A DNA stretch of 38,623 nucleotides from a virus (Duplodnaviria > Caudoviricetes): positions 1 through 38,623 of the IMG/VR virus record IMGVR_UViG_3300011415_000012. The stretch is one strand, 5' to 3'. The translations under genes and the position numbers were made by a program. This document shows, piece by piece, positions 1 to 9,437 of this stretch. How positions within the stretch are numbered: the first letter of the stretch is position 1; the number at the start of each line of letters is the position of its first letter. The notes under the pieces were generated by a model. That model ran no database searches, was not told the DNA's origin, and saw only the letters and a program-made list of their open reading frames with translations.

Positions 1-123
1 ATTTGCATCGACGCCACCATCAGGCAGCATTTTAAAGCCTTTTTGCTGGTTCACATCGACTGCTTTTGATTTACCATCACGACCAAGAACCATCACGGTT
101 CGTTCCGTATCGTAAATAAATGG
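1..123. repeat. Terminal direct repeat, left copy (circular assembly overlap)
   Basis: Identical to 38501-38623; the portal reading frame continues across the join, giving a 38,500-bp circle. Confidence 0.97.
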
Positions 124-1611
124 AATCATTTCTAAAAGAATTTTACCGATCTGTTTAATACCACGTTGGTTGTTATCGTTGTAGAGATTAACGGGATTAT
201 TCGCCGCTTGTTGGCGTGCATTAATAGCCTTTCCAGAAATAGCATTAGACGCTTGACCTCTGGACTCTTCATAACGACCTAGCACTTGCATTAAATCTTG
301 AGTGCTATTGTTATAAGCCGACATAAATGCAGCATTAAATACAGGCGGATCAATAAATTCAGGCTTGCCACCTTGTCGATCATAATTAAATTCGAGATAA
401 CCTTGTACGCGGTCTGGATTAATCCAATCATCCTCAAAGCCCGCGAAGTTATCAGGGGTACCAATAACAGTTTCTTTTCTGCTTCTCAGCACTGAATAAG
501 CAATTTCAGAACCGATATAGTTAATTAATTTTTGAGTGTCAATTGCATCTTGAATGTAAGGAAGAGGTATTTGCTCACCGTCAATAACGGTAGAATCGCC
601 TTCAAAATAAGGGATTGGAAGTATTTTTCCTGGATAATCGGTTTCTTCTAATATTTTATTCTGAACGAATTTAATGTGCTTAATTTTGTAATCACGCACA
701 TCTCGCTCATTTTCAATTTCTAAAGGTTGAAAGCCAAATAATTCCCAATCGGGATTTTGTTCCATGAACTTTTCTTGCATGTCCAAGACTTTCTTTGCGT
801 CTTTTTCATCAAGCTCTTTTCCATCAGATAATTGAACGATCTTTTTACTATAATATTTCTTGCAGTAAATTTCGGCGATCATTACCGTATCGCGTGTATT
901 CCAGCGAACATAATAATTGTTCGTAAGACCTGAAACATCTTGTGGGTTTTGAACACCAGGATATATTTTCTTGAACTTCTCTTTCGACATAACGGTGTAA
1001 ACACCGCAGAAATCGCCGTCGGATTTATTAGATTCTTGAGCGCATGGGTCCCAGAAAGCCGCCTGAAAGTCCATGATTCCTTTAATTCTTAAAACCTGTT
1101 TGAAAGTGTCCGGTCCTTCATACTCAGAAACAACGCGAGCCGCACCCCAACCGCATTCCAGAGCGTGCTTTGCAGCTAATTGATAGACAATATCCGCATC
1201 AGATTCATAATGGATTTGGGCAATTAGCCCTTCATAAATATCGACTGTCTTTTGATTAACTTCTTTACCAACACCACGTACAGTCAATGCAGGGGAGTTA
1301 TTACGGGCTTCACCTAGAATGGCTCGAATAACCGAGGTGACTTTATTAAATTCCATCGTAGGACGAGAAAGCGATTCACGGGCTTGTCGAATATTGACAT
1401 CCCACTGATCTACGTATAAAAATGTGAGATAGTTTCGAGCGCGTTCGATATGCTCATTAAAGTACGAATACCATGAATTTACACTATCCACGTATTCCTT
1501 TAATATGGCCTCATCGGAATCGTCATCGGCTTCGTCATAGCCCTCTTCGGACTCTTTGGGCTTATACATCCCAAACTTCTTTTCTCGGTACTGCTTTCCT
1601 TCGCTAGCCAT
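1..1611 (-). CDS. Portal protein, P22 gp1-like, N-terminal part (continues at 38500->37964; ~715 aa total); missing from ORF track
   Basis: ATG at 1611 gives MASEGKQYREKK...YVDQWDVNIRQARESLSRPTMEFNKVTSVIRAILGEARNNSP, resembling the P22 portal N-terminus; same frame as ORF 37964..38596; directly downstream of terL. Confidence 0.92.
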   Translation of the reverse strand, partial: MASEGKQYREKKFGMYKPKESEEGYDEADDDSDEAILKEYVDSVNSWYSYFNEHIERARNYLTFLYVDQWDVNIRQARESLSRPTMEFNKVTSVIRAILGEARNNSPALTVRGVGKEVNQKTVDIYEGLIAQIHYESDADIVYQLAAKHALECGWGAARVVSEYEGPDTFKQVLRIKGIMDFQAAFWDPCAQESNKSDGDFCGVYTVMSKEKFKKIYPGVQNPQDVSGLTNNYYVRWNTRDTVMIAEIYCKKYYSKKIVQLSDGKELDEKDAKKVLDMQEKFMEQNPDWELFGFQPLEIENERDVRDYKIKHIKFVQNKILEETDYPGKILPIPYFEGDSTVIDGEQIPLPYIQDAIDTQKLINYIGSEIAYSVLRSRKETVIGTPDNFAGFEDDWINPDRVQGYLEFNYDRQGGKPEFIDPPVFNAAFMSAYNNSTQDLMQVLGRYEESRGQASNAISGKAINARQQAANNPVNLYNDNNQRGIKQIGKILLEMIPFIYDTERTVMVLGRDGKSKAVDVNQQKGFKMLPDGGVDAN

Positions 1612-1623
1612 AGTAAATCCCTT

Positions 1624-3099
1624 TTACAAAGCCATGAATGGTACATTCCTTATTCTATTCGGTTTGTTAGCATTCGGCATTGGTTTTTTGTTGACACTCG
1701 CATACTGCATTGCAATATATTCGAGTGCTTCGCATATATGCGAGTAAATGTTTTTTAGCGGCACATCATGATACCGCTCGTCACCACCAACTTTGATACG
1801 CGCATATTGAAAATTACCCATCAATCCTTTACGTATCATGGTGCATTTACTTGATAGAGCAAACGAAGGCTTACCGCTCGTCATTCGCCCTAGAAACCAT
1901 TTTAACCCATCACGTCTAGGAGTTGGGTTATTATTAGGAGCTGCACCCACACACTTTATTCCTAGCTCATAGAGAATATCTTCACAAGCTTTCCCGTCCG
2001 TTTGCGCTCTCACATCCCCAGAAGGGTCGCCAACGCATGTATAATTATTACGCCAAAATGGATAATAACGGTCTAAATGTGGAATTACTATACTCTCGGT
2101 AAATTCCCTTAAATCCATATCCTCTGACCAGAGTTCATCTATTACATTAAGTTGTCCATGTGGCGATAATTGAACTATGGCACAAGCTGGGGTTAATCCG
2201 TAGTCAAATCCTAAGCCCAATGCAACTAATGGATTAGCAGCTATTATTTTATTTGAAAAATGCAATTGATCGTTATAGGAGGCATGTACGGGTTTACCCG
2301 AAATCAATACACCATATTGCCCCATGAGATTGACTTTGATTTCCTCATCAGTGGAACCTGGAACTAGATTTAACCAATAATGCGGGTCATTCTGAACATC
2401 TCGATAATCGACTTCGTTTTCAATATAAATCGACCCATTTGCGGAAATTGCATGATCTATGCCGTCTGGAACATCAGCGACTTTAGTTAGAGGTGATTCA
2501 TATTTAAACAATTTATAATTATCTGGTACATTTTCCTCAAACATCTTATAAAGCCAGTGGTCTGAGTCTGGTGGGTTGGTATCGAAGATTACACCCGTCC
2601 AAGTGATACCCGCGCCGTCCTTTTTACTTGGGAATCTATTAACACGCTGTCGGCACGTTTTGAATATTTTCTTATTGATAAATTGGGCTTCATTGATATA
2701 AACACCCGTTAATTCCAGTGACATGAGTTTTGAAATATCTTTCTCCGAATCCATAGCAAGAAAGATAATTTCAAGTTCAACATCGTTGAACTTAATCATC
2801 TGAGTAATGGGAGAGTCCCATTTAATTTTTCCGACTTCCGCTTCTGGGTACCAGGAAAGCCATGTTTTAATGGTTGTGGATTTTAATTCAGGATATGTAT
2901 TTCGTATAACCGCCCACCGCGAGCGTCTAATACCGTCACTACCAGGCGCTTGTTGAATAGCGCGATACAGCGGCTCAAGACAACACGCAACGGACTTACC
3001 ACAGCCGACCGGCCCAAAAAGACCCCGCACAAAAGAGTCATCATCATGAAACGCACTGGCTGTGTCAGTTGCTTGGTAAGTAATTTCATGGTTCGCCAT
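1624..3099 (-). CDS. terL: Terminase large subunit
   Basis: Walker A GPVGCGKS, RWAVIRNTYPELKSTTIKTW, Walker B-like YINEA, DTNPP coupling motif, nuclease GFDYGLTP and SHICEALEY. Confidence 0.95.
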   Translation of the reverse strand: MANHEITYQATDTASAFHDDDSFVRGLFGPVGCGKSVACCLEPLYRAIQQAPGSDGIRRSRWAVIRNTYPELKSTTIKTWLSWYPEAEVGKIKWDSPITQMIKFNDVELEIIFLAMDSEKDISKLMSLELTGVYINEAQFINKKIFKTCRQRVNRFPSKKDGAGITWTGVIFDTNPPDSDHWLYKMFEENVPDNYKLFKYESPLTKVADVPDGIDHAISANGSIYIENEVDYRDVQNDPHYWLNLVPGSTDEEIKVNLMGQYGVLISGKPVHASYNDQLHFSNKIIAANPLVALGLGFDYGLTPACAIVQLSPHGQLNVIDELWSEDMDLREFTESIVIPHLDRYYPFWRNNYTCVGDPSGDVRAQTDGKACEDILYELGIKCVGAAPNNNPTPRRDGLKWFLGRMTSGKPSFALSSKCTMIRKGLMGNFQYARIKVGGDERYHDVPLKNIYSHICEALEYIAMQYASVNKKPMPNANKPNRIRNVPFMAL

Positions 3100-3111
3100 T
3101 TAATACCTTTT

Positions 3112-3465
3112 TTAGATGTCAATTTCTTTTTCATCATCATGCTCAATAATATTTTTAGATTCCGCATCTTTTTCTTTTTTCTTAGGAGCTAGATTTAAAG
3201 TAATAGTAAATGGACTATCTTTTTCTTGAGTAATCTCAATAGCCCGCAATTTAGGTGCAACATAATTGCAGAGATCAATAATCAAATCGCATTTAATTCG
3301 TTCTTTTTTGGTAGAGCGAAACAACTCGACAGCCTCTCTAAAAGGCTCAAAACCCAAACCATCCAGAATTTCTTTTGCAGTCACCCGAACTTTATTCCCC
3401 TTCATGGGAGTACCTTTCGGCATTCCTTTGGGATTTCCTGACTGCCCTTTTACGAATCTCGCCAT
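3112..3465 (-). CDS. terS: Probable terminase small subunit
   Basis: N-terminal FVKGQSGNPKG motif typical of small terminase-like proteins; immediately upstream of terL. Confidence 0.75.
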   Translation of the reverse strand: MARFVKGQSGNPKGMPKGTPMKGNKVRVTAKEILDGLGFEPFREAVELFRSTKKERIKCDLIIDLCNYVAPKLRAIEITQEKDSPFTITLNLAPKKKEKDAESKNIIEHDDEKEIDI

Positions 3466-3689
3466 AACTGACGACCTCCCTTTTTATCAGCCTGTAGAAT
3501 GGCCTCAATTACATCTCGTTCCACATATTCCAAAGTCAAATGCTTCACATCTACATCCCAGTTTTCTTGAAGTCCAGGGGAATACCGCCGCTTAAATAAA
3601 TCAGCGGCGGTTTTATTCGCGGCCTTGACTATTTGCTTTTCATTGGGAGAGATAGCATCACGTCCGAACAAGTCATTGCCACGAATCAT
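3450..3689 (-). CDS. Hypothetical protein (79 aa)
   Basis: Translationally coupled ORF between the micro-ORF stop and terS. Confidence 0.6.
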   Translation of the reverse strand: MIRGNDLFGRDAISPNEKQIVKAANKTAADLFKRRYSPGLQENWDVDVKHLTLEYVERDVIEAILQADKKGGRQLWRDS

Positions 3690-3734
3690 TTAGCACTTCC
3701 CTTTACCTTTACCGCCGCCTTTTTTCTTTTTCAT
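3690..3734 (-). CDS. Putative 14-aa basic micropeptide MKKKKGGGKGKGKC
   Basis: GGAGA RBS 6 nt upstream of ATG; its TAA abuts the next ATG (TAAATG). Confidence 0.5.
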   Translation of the reverse strand: MKKKKGGGKGKGKC

Positions 3735-3749
3735 AACAATCTCCTTGGG

Positions 3750-3953
3750 TTAGTATTTAGGTCTTTGAAGCATCATTTCGACTTTATCCAAAATACTTGG
3801 ATGAAGCTTGTTTAATTTAGCCTTTAATTCATAGATATAATCAATAGCTAATTTAAAATCTTCCTGTTCGTTTCTATCGTAACGATCATCACGACAAGGA
3901 ACACTGACACAATCATTTAATCGTTGAGGTGCAACATTGAAACTATGTAACAT
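3750..3953 (-). CDS. Hypothetical protein (67 aa)
   Basis: Strong AAATAGGAGTT RBS supplied by the 62-bp repeat. Confidence 0.7.
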   Translation of the reverse strand: MLHSFNVAPQRLNDCVSVPCRDDRYDRNEQEDFKLAIDYIYELKAKLNKLHPSILDKVEMMLQRPKY

Positions 3954-3957
3954 TCAA

Positions 3958-4019
3958 AACTCCTATTTAGTTAATGGGGCTTTTCAGCCCCGATTTATTT
4001 AGCAATACATTTCTTTAAA
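3958..4019 (-). repeat. 62-bp inverted repeat, copy A (gene end + GGGGCT-GAAA-AGCCCC hairpin + RBS)
   Basis: Reverse complement matches 16058-16119 at 59/62 positions. Confidence 0.93.
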
Positions 4020-4171
4020 GTTTTTGCAAGACGTGCGCGTTGCCCCATCTTGCCTGGTTTCTTCGCTGCGACATTCAGTTTAGCCGCAGGGATTTTAGCT
4101 CCTTTCTTTACTCCCAAGGACTTTTTTAAAGCCCCTGGTTTTTTTATAGCATTTTTTATCCAATTAGCCAT
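3995..4171 (-). CDS. Small Lys/Ala-rich basic phage protein (58 aa; below ORF-track cutoff)
   Basis: MANWIKNAIKKPGALKKSLGVKKGAKIPAAKLNVAAKKPGKMGQRARLAKTLKKCIAK; AAGGGG RBS; pattern familiar from other phage late regions. Confidence 0.8.
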   Translation of the reverse strand: MANWIKNAIKKPGALKKSLGVKKGAKIPAAKLNVAAKKPGKMGQRARLAKTLKKCIAK

Positions 4172-4181
4172 AACTTACCCC

Positions 4182-5582
4182 TTATGCAATGGTTTCACTG
4201 AATCTGAGATTCATACCGTAGAAATCATATTCTGATGCTGCGGCATTATTTACGCTCAATTCAATTACGTACTTTGTATCAGCCGTAATAACAAACGCTG
4301 GAACATCGACAGCTACGTTTGTTACGTAAGGGTTGGCTTGTGTAGCTGTTGCCAAAGTGCCTGTAATTGCAACGCTTGTTGAACTTACTGCAACATTGTT
4401 TGCATAGACAATTCTATTCAAAGTCACAGATTGTGCATCGAGAGCATTTGCGGCGATAGCATAGATAGCATCAAAACTATCCAACCTAAAGCCCTTAGAT
4501 GCCGCTGCACGAAGTTGCGGCGTGATGTCGATTGCAATGATGCTGGTTTCATCGCCTGGTGTATGGCGTGATACATAATTGCCTTGAGCAATTCTAGTAA
4601 CAGTCCAAGTACCAGTACCAAATGTTAGAACCGCTGGTATACCAACAAACTCTTGCATAGCAAGAATGTTAGCAGCACCGGTATCAAGCAATACGTTAGC
4701 AGTTGCCGCACCTGGGTCTGGCAAGCTGATTACGCTTGACTGCCCCATGATCGAGTTTTTGAAAGTCGTATTGAAAGCACCGCCAGCGTTTAACGCTTGG
4801 ATGATGAACGAGCCATTAGCCGTAGTTGTTGGGTACAAGGTTAAACTTGCGTTAGAACCACCAGCAGCTAAACCAGCTAGTAAACTACCGCCGTCAACTT
4901 GTAGGCCGCCAGAGGTAATATGCTGAACGCCCGCACCAGTCAAAGCACTTAATAGTACATTGGCTGTTGCTGCACCTGGGTCTGGGAAAGAGATTACAGA
5001 GCTTTGACCCATTACTGAGTTGCGAAGCGTGGTATTAAACGCGCCACCAGCATTCAGTGCTTCAAAAATGAATGTTCCATTTGCCGCTGTAGCTGGGAAA
5101 GAAACAAAATTTCCAGCATCCGCAGACGAACCAGAAGTGATATTTCCGCCAGTAGATTGAATGTTACCGGATGCCGTAATCGTACCAGCCGATACAGCAA
5201 AGTTTCCTGTCGTAATAGTCAAGCCAAAACCTAGCGTACTAGCAACGGATTGCGCTTTAATATTACCAAGAACATCCGAAAATACTGCCAATGCGTTTGC
5301 GGCTGAGGCAGGACCCGAAAATGAAACTTCGCCCGCACCCGACAAAGGTGCCATCGTTAAAACACCAGCGGATTTTGCTACCGTAAATAAACCGTTAATC
5401 CCCGTGTCGTATAATGCAGAAATTAAATCGCCGACTAAAATATCATTGCCGTTTTGCAATGAGTTTAGATAACCGGCAGTGGTAATCGTTGCATAAGTAT
5501 CGGTTGTTAGGAGAGATACATACCGTGGTTGTGCCACCGTCTGATAACTTCCTTGTGGTATAACTAAAATAGACTTCGACAT
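4182..5582 (-). CDS. Probable virion structural protein (accessory fibre or decoration) with internal ~50-aa duplication
   Basis: Ala/Gly/Thr-rich, beta-like; repeat ...ALNAGGAFNTT.(R/K)NS.MGQSSVIS.PDPGAATANVLL occurs twice; AAGGAGAG RBS. Confidence 0.6.
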   Translation of the reverse strand: MSKSILVIPQGSYQTVAQPRYVSLLTTDTYATITTAGYLNSLQNGNDILVGDLISALYDTGINGLFTVAKSAGVLTMAPLSGAGEVSFSGPASAANALAVFSDVLGNIKAQSVASTLGFGLTITTGNFAVSAGTITASGNIQSTGGNITSGSSADAGNFVSFPATAANGTFIFEALNAGGAFNTTLRNSVMGQSSVISFPDPGAATANVLLSALTGAGVQHITSGGLQVDGGSLLAGLAAGGSNASLTLYPTTTANGSFIIQALNAGGAFNTTFKNSIMGQSSVISLPDPGAATANVLLDTGAANILAMQEFVGIPAVLTFGTGTWTVTRIAQGNYVSRHTPGDETSIIAIDITPQLRAAASKGFRLDSFDAIYAIAANALDAQSVTLNRIVYANNVAVSSTSVAITGTLATATQANPYVTNVAVDVPAFVITADTKYVIELSVNNAAASEYDFYGMNLRFSETIA

Positions 5583-5609
5583 ATTATCTCTCCTTGATAA
5601 AAAATTAAA

Positions 5610-5903
5610 TTATTCCTTCGGTGGTTCTTCTCCACATGGAGGATTTAACTTTAACTCTAAATCCTTCACCTTTAATTCTAATTGTACAACTTTTTCTTTT
5701 TCAGCATTCAATTGCTGAGTAAGAATATTGACTTGGTTTTCTAGCAAAATGCTATGAGTCCGTGAGCGAACATTAGCACCTAAATATTCTTGAACTGTTT
5801 GTGACAACACATTCTTCTCGATGTTAGCCATATTCAATTGTTGTGCTAATTGTTCATTCGATTTCAACAATCCATCAACTTGACTCTTTAACTCATCTGA
5901 CAT
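5610..5903 (-). CDS. Coiled-coil protein, possible fibre chaperone
   Basis: Heptad pattern throughout; follows the long fibre gene; GGAG RBS. Confidence 0.55.
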   Translation of the reverse strand: MSDELKSQVDGLLKSNEQLAQQLNMANIEKNVLSQTVQEYLGANVRSRTHSILLENQVNILTQQLNAEKEKVVQLELKVKDLELKLNPPCGEEPPKE

Positions 5904-5946
5904 TTGTTTTCTCCGTTAGTTATAAAAAATTAACATCATATTAAAT

Positions 5947-8592
5947 TTATATGTATTCAGTGATTACGCAAATAGCACCAGCACCAGCACCGCCTGACGC
6001 ATTAGCGTTTGTACAAGAACCGCCTCCGCGACCACCTGTTCCATAACCATCACCAGCAGAACCGTTATTAGATTGAGCTGGCGTGTTATAAACAGAGTTT
6101 TGTGAGCTACCAAACATTGAAGCTGCGCCAGTTCCAGAAGCCGCAAAAGATGCTGTTGCTATCCCGCTATTTCCACGAGAACCTAATACTGTCAATGTTC
6201 CTGTTGCACTTCCACCACCTGTTCCACCATCACTCCAGGTTCCGTTAGCGGCACCTGTTCCTCCATTGCCACCAGTACAACTCATTAAAGCACCGAAGGT
6301 AGAAGCTGATGCATTACCACCATCATTATTTCCAGAAGCACCACCGGTTCCGGCTGCACCTAATGTCACAGTTTGACTAGCACCTATGGTTGCTGCACTG
6401 AATGTAGATCTTGCATAATCACCACTGCCACCGCCGCCACCCGCAGCAAAAGTTGTTGCTGCACAACCACCACCTCCTCCTCCGGCTGCTTGTAATTCAA
6501 CGATACAATATTTCATATTAGCAGTTGGTGTATAAGTATTAGTTGAAGTAATAACTTGGATATTGATTGAAGTAAAACCACTAGCTGAAGGTGTTTGCCA
6601 AGTTGGAATTAACCCTGCACCAGCGGAGGTTAATACTTGTCCTGAAGTTCCAACACCAGAAACATTCTGAAATGCCCCTGTAGCAGTTGTACCAGCCAAA
6701 ATAACTGAGTAGGCAGTAAATGTAGTATTACCTGTTCCACCATCAGCTACAACAACGGGGAAATTTCCTCCAAATCTTGCATAGCTGAATGCTGTTGTAT
6801 CGACCGTGACTATCGTTGATGCGTTATAATAGGCTCTACCCGCATTAGTCGTTCCATGCCTTATAACGATAAGTCCTGTATCGTTAATCTGGTCTGGCGT
6901 ATCGTATGAGACTGATCTCGTTAATACCCAAGGAATATTTACACCATTTCCATTGGTTGTTAATGTATAAATCCCTTGATTCGCGGCAGCCGCTTGGTCT
7001 TTATTTAAAATCTCATCACCAACACCTGGACTTACGCTATCAATAGAAAATGCGGCAAAAGTTCCGCTAGCATCAGTTAGGGTTGCGCCAACACCCGCGC
7101 CCGATTGTGTCGCATTAAGTGTTGCTGTGGTGGCGGCATAAACTGACGTTCCGGTCAAAGCAGTCTGATCGACATAATTCTTTGTTGCAGCATCTTGTGC
7201 CGAAACAGGGTCAACCACGTTATTAATTAAATGCGTATTCATATTAAGCGCGATAGCTTGTGCGCCTAATCGTGTAATGTTGTCTTGTACCGCAGTTGGA
7301 AGCGTAGAACTGATTGAGGGTATACCCGTAGTACCATCAGTAATTAAAACGCCATTGGTAGCTGTTGCAAGCCCTGTAATAATATTCGCGGTGCTTGCAT
7401 AAAGAATTGTGTTTAATGCGTAGGTATCAGCAAATGTCGAGGTGCTATAAGCATTGACTGTACCATCGGAGCGAATAATTTTACCCGCTGTGCCGACTGT
7501 ATTAGGCCAGAGAGAGGTAGAATTAACTTTATTTGTGCCGTCTGAAATTATTACATTCCCTGCGGTTCCCGCTGTTACTGGAAAAGTTGGAGTTGACGTA
7601 ACAAAATTCGTGCCATCTGAAACAATAATCTTTCCAGCAGTTCCAGCCGCATTAGGGTAGGTTGGTGTGCTATAAATATTATTTGTACCGTCAGAAATTA
7701 TAAGTTTTCCGGCTGTACCACTTGCGCTAGGCCATGTCGGTGTTGACCATGAAGGGGTGAGTAAATTGCCTGATTGGAGCATCTTACCGGCAGCAGCTAC
7801 ACCGGCTAAAATTTCCATTGAATCGCCATCACTCCAAACGATACCACCAGCACTTGCGGTTAATGCTTTGCTTGTTCCGCCTAAAGCTAATGTGACAGGT
7901 GATGTAAGAGCAATTGTATTATTTGTTCGAGTTAATCCAGTTCCAGCAACAATATTGTACTGATAGAGAACGGGGTCGGTACCTACTACTGCAACCGATG
8001 TAGTTTGAAGCCATTGAGTCAAGGCATTTGTCGTACCAAAGGCAATAGTTACTTCACTGCCTGGCAGCATTTCCGCGGCTGTATCGGCTAATTCATCACC
8101 CGTTAATACCCAATTTGTTGCGCCTGAACCTATGTTACTGACAACATATAAACCATTCTGGAAGGTACTGGATTGATCTTTGACAAGGACTTTTTTACCA
8201 ACCGTTAAGGCAACGCCATCAATCGACAAAGCAACTTGAGCGCCGTTGTTAGTAAGGGTACGGCCAACACCTAATGTTCCGTTATCGTAAATCGCTGTGA
8301 GGTTGGCAGTCGTTCCCACCCAGGCAACGCGATTGCTCCCACCAGAAACCACCTGAGAGTCAACGTATTGCTTTGTAGCTGCACCTAATGCCACAACAGG
8401 GTTAGCGCTCAAAATGAGCAAGCCGGTCATCGTACCGCCCGTAATAGGCACATACTGACCATTGAAATAGGTTTGAAGGTTAGCTACAGTAATCTTGTAG
8501 GCAATCGCTAAATTATCATCAATACCAAACTGATCGGTTGCGGCAACCGCCGTTGGTTTTGGATTGAGCTGTGAAATCTGTTTATTGGCCAT
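5947..8592 (-). CDS. Long tail fibre / adhesin-like virion protein (881 aa)
   Basis: MANKQISQL N-terminus, two AATK(Q/N)YVD motifs, a duplicated ~125-aa domain, four ~26-aa GTAG(K/N).I.SDGT repeats, Gly-rich C-terminal domain. Confidence 0.8.
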   Translation of the reverse strand: MANKQISQLNPKPTAVAATDQFGIDDNLAIAYKITVANLQTYFNGQYVPITGGTMTGLLILSANPVVALGAATKQYVDSQVVSGGSNRVAWVGTTANLTAIYDNGTLGVGRTLTNNGAQVALSIDGVALTVGKKVLVKDQSSTFQNGLYVVSNIGSGATNWVLTGDELADTAAEMLPGSEVTIAFGTTNALTQWLQTTSVAVVGTDPVLYQYNIVAGTGLTRTNNTIALTSPVTLALGGTSKALTASAGGIVWSDGDSMEILAGVAAAGKMLQSGNLLTPSWSTPTWPSASGTAGKLIISDGTNNIYSTPTYPNAAGTAGKIIVSDGTNFVTSTPTFPVTAGTAGNVIISDGTNKVNSTSLWPNTVGTAGKIIRSDGTVNAYSTSTFADTYALNTILYASTANIITGLATATNGVLITDGTTGIPSISSTLPTAVQDNITRLGAQAIALNMNTHLINNVVDPVSAQDAATKNYVDQTALTGTSVYAATTATLNATQSGAGVGATLTDASGTFAAFSIDSVSPGVGDEILNKDQAAAANQGIYTLTTNGNGVNIPWVLTRSVSYDTPDQINDTGLIVIRHGTTNAGRAYYNASTIVTVDTTAFSYARFGGNFPVVVADGGTGNTTFTAYSVILAGTTATGAFQNVSGVGTSGQVLTSAGAGLIPTWQTPSASGFTSINIQVITSTNTYTPTANMKYCIVELQAAGGGGGGCAATTFAAGGGGGSGDYARSTFSAATIGASQTVTLGAAGTGGASGNNDGGNASASTFGALMSCTGGNGGTGAANGTWSDGGTGGGSATGTLTVLGSRGNSGIATASFAASGTGAASMFGSSQNSVYNTPAQSNNGSAGDGYGTGGRGGGSCTNANASGGAGAGAICVITEYI

Positions 8593-8609
8593 CCGTAGCC
8601 CCTATTAAA

Positions 8610-8903
8610 TTAACTGCCCCATCTTAAATTCGCGGCTGTGATAGTCGTGTTTGTAGTATTCACCCGAATAGAGGGGATACGATGCCATCCAATAGCCAAG
8701 TTATTTAATAACTCGTCGGTACCATCCCACTTGCGATAATTAAGATTTCCAGCTACAGCAACGTAAATCCATAGCGCAAATTCGCCATAGTCCACATCAT
8801 AAGTTACAGCACCAGTGCGAAACGGGCCACAGTTAGCACGCATCATAGGAACGCCATAATAGGCGGAGGGTTCAATCTTAGGTAGGTCAACTTTTACCGT
8901 CAT
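8610..8903 (-). CDS. Small beta-rich protein, possible virion spike/base protein
   Basis: AAGGA RBS favours ATG at 8903 over the TTG at 8939; precedes the fibre gene. Confidence 0.55.
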   Translation of the reverse strand: MTVKVDLPKIEPSAYYGVPMMRANCGPFRTGAVTYDVDYGEFALWIYVAVAGNLNYRKWDGTDELLNNLAIGWHRIPSIRVNTTNTTITAANLRWGS

Positions 8904-8989
8904 AGAATAATCCTTATTCTCTGAAAATCCGTTTGTCAAGCTCTAGGCTCATATTATCATTTTAGTTCTAGGCTTTGTACAGAAAGATA

Positions 8990-9421
8990 TTAGCGCGGCT
9001 GCTTGACTCCGAAAAGTTTCTCAGCACTGCGATAAGCTCCGAAGCCTAGCATTAAATAACAAAGCTCCATCAGGCTTGTAGGGTCAATCGGATAGGGCAA
9101 TAGAGTATGCTTCTCAAGGCACATTATTGTCCAGAGATAAGACGCAATAATAAATTGCGGAATATAATAAAGTCCCACGCAAGTACCGCAAATCCATCCA
9201 ATGTAAGGACGCCAACCAGAATTGAAAAGGCGAGCATCTTGGGCGTTAAGCTTATTGAGTTCAGAGTTCCAAAGATCGGGGTTTTGACGAAGGCGCTCAA
9301 GCATTTCTTGGGCTGAAAGTTTCTCACCTTCTGAGGTATATACTTTGCCAATGACATTACCGATTGCCTCAATGGGAGCGGCTGCGGCTTGGCCTACGCC
9401 TAGAAAATCGAATATTCCCAT
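8990..9421 (-). CDS. Holin, GTA/3TM-type
   Basis: SGWRPYIGWICG motif, hydrophobic segments, C-terminal MLGFGAYRSAEK. Confidence 0.8.
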   Translation of the reverse strand: MGIFDFLGVGQAAAAPIEAIGNVIGKVYTSEGEKLSAQEMLERLRQNPDLWNSELNKLNAQDARLFNSGWRPYIGWICGTCVGLYYIPQFIIASYLWTIMCLEKHTLLPYPIDPTSLMELCYLMLGFGAYRSAEKLFGVKQPR

Positions 9422-9437
9422 AATTCATCCTTGAATT

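Noticed and set aside
1-123. Biological terminal repeat or att site
   Set aside because: Exact overlap inside the portal ORF; best explained as assembler circularisation
298-7963. Short plus-strand and nested ORFs in the track (e.g. 298..495, 2950..3192, 4666..4926, 5161..5472, 7454..7660)
   Set aside because: Shadow ORFs of well-supported minus-strand genes; the same applies to those within 24.4-38.5 kb
5947-8592. Diversity-generating retroelement or shufflon acting on the fibres
   Set aside because: No reverse transcriptase or invertase gene and no near-identical TR/VR pair seen
8942-8974. AGCCTAGA direct repeat upstream of the fibre cluster as a late operator
   Set aside because: Only two 8-bp copies, not noticed at the other candidate late promoters; too weak to call
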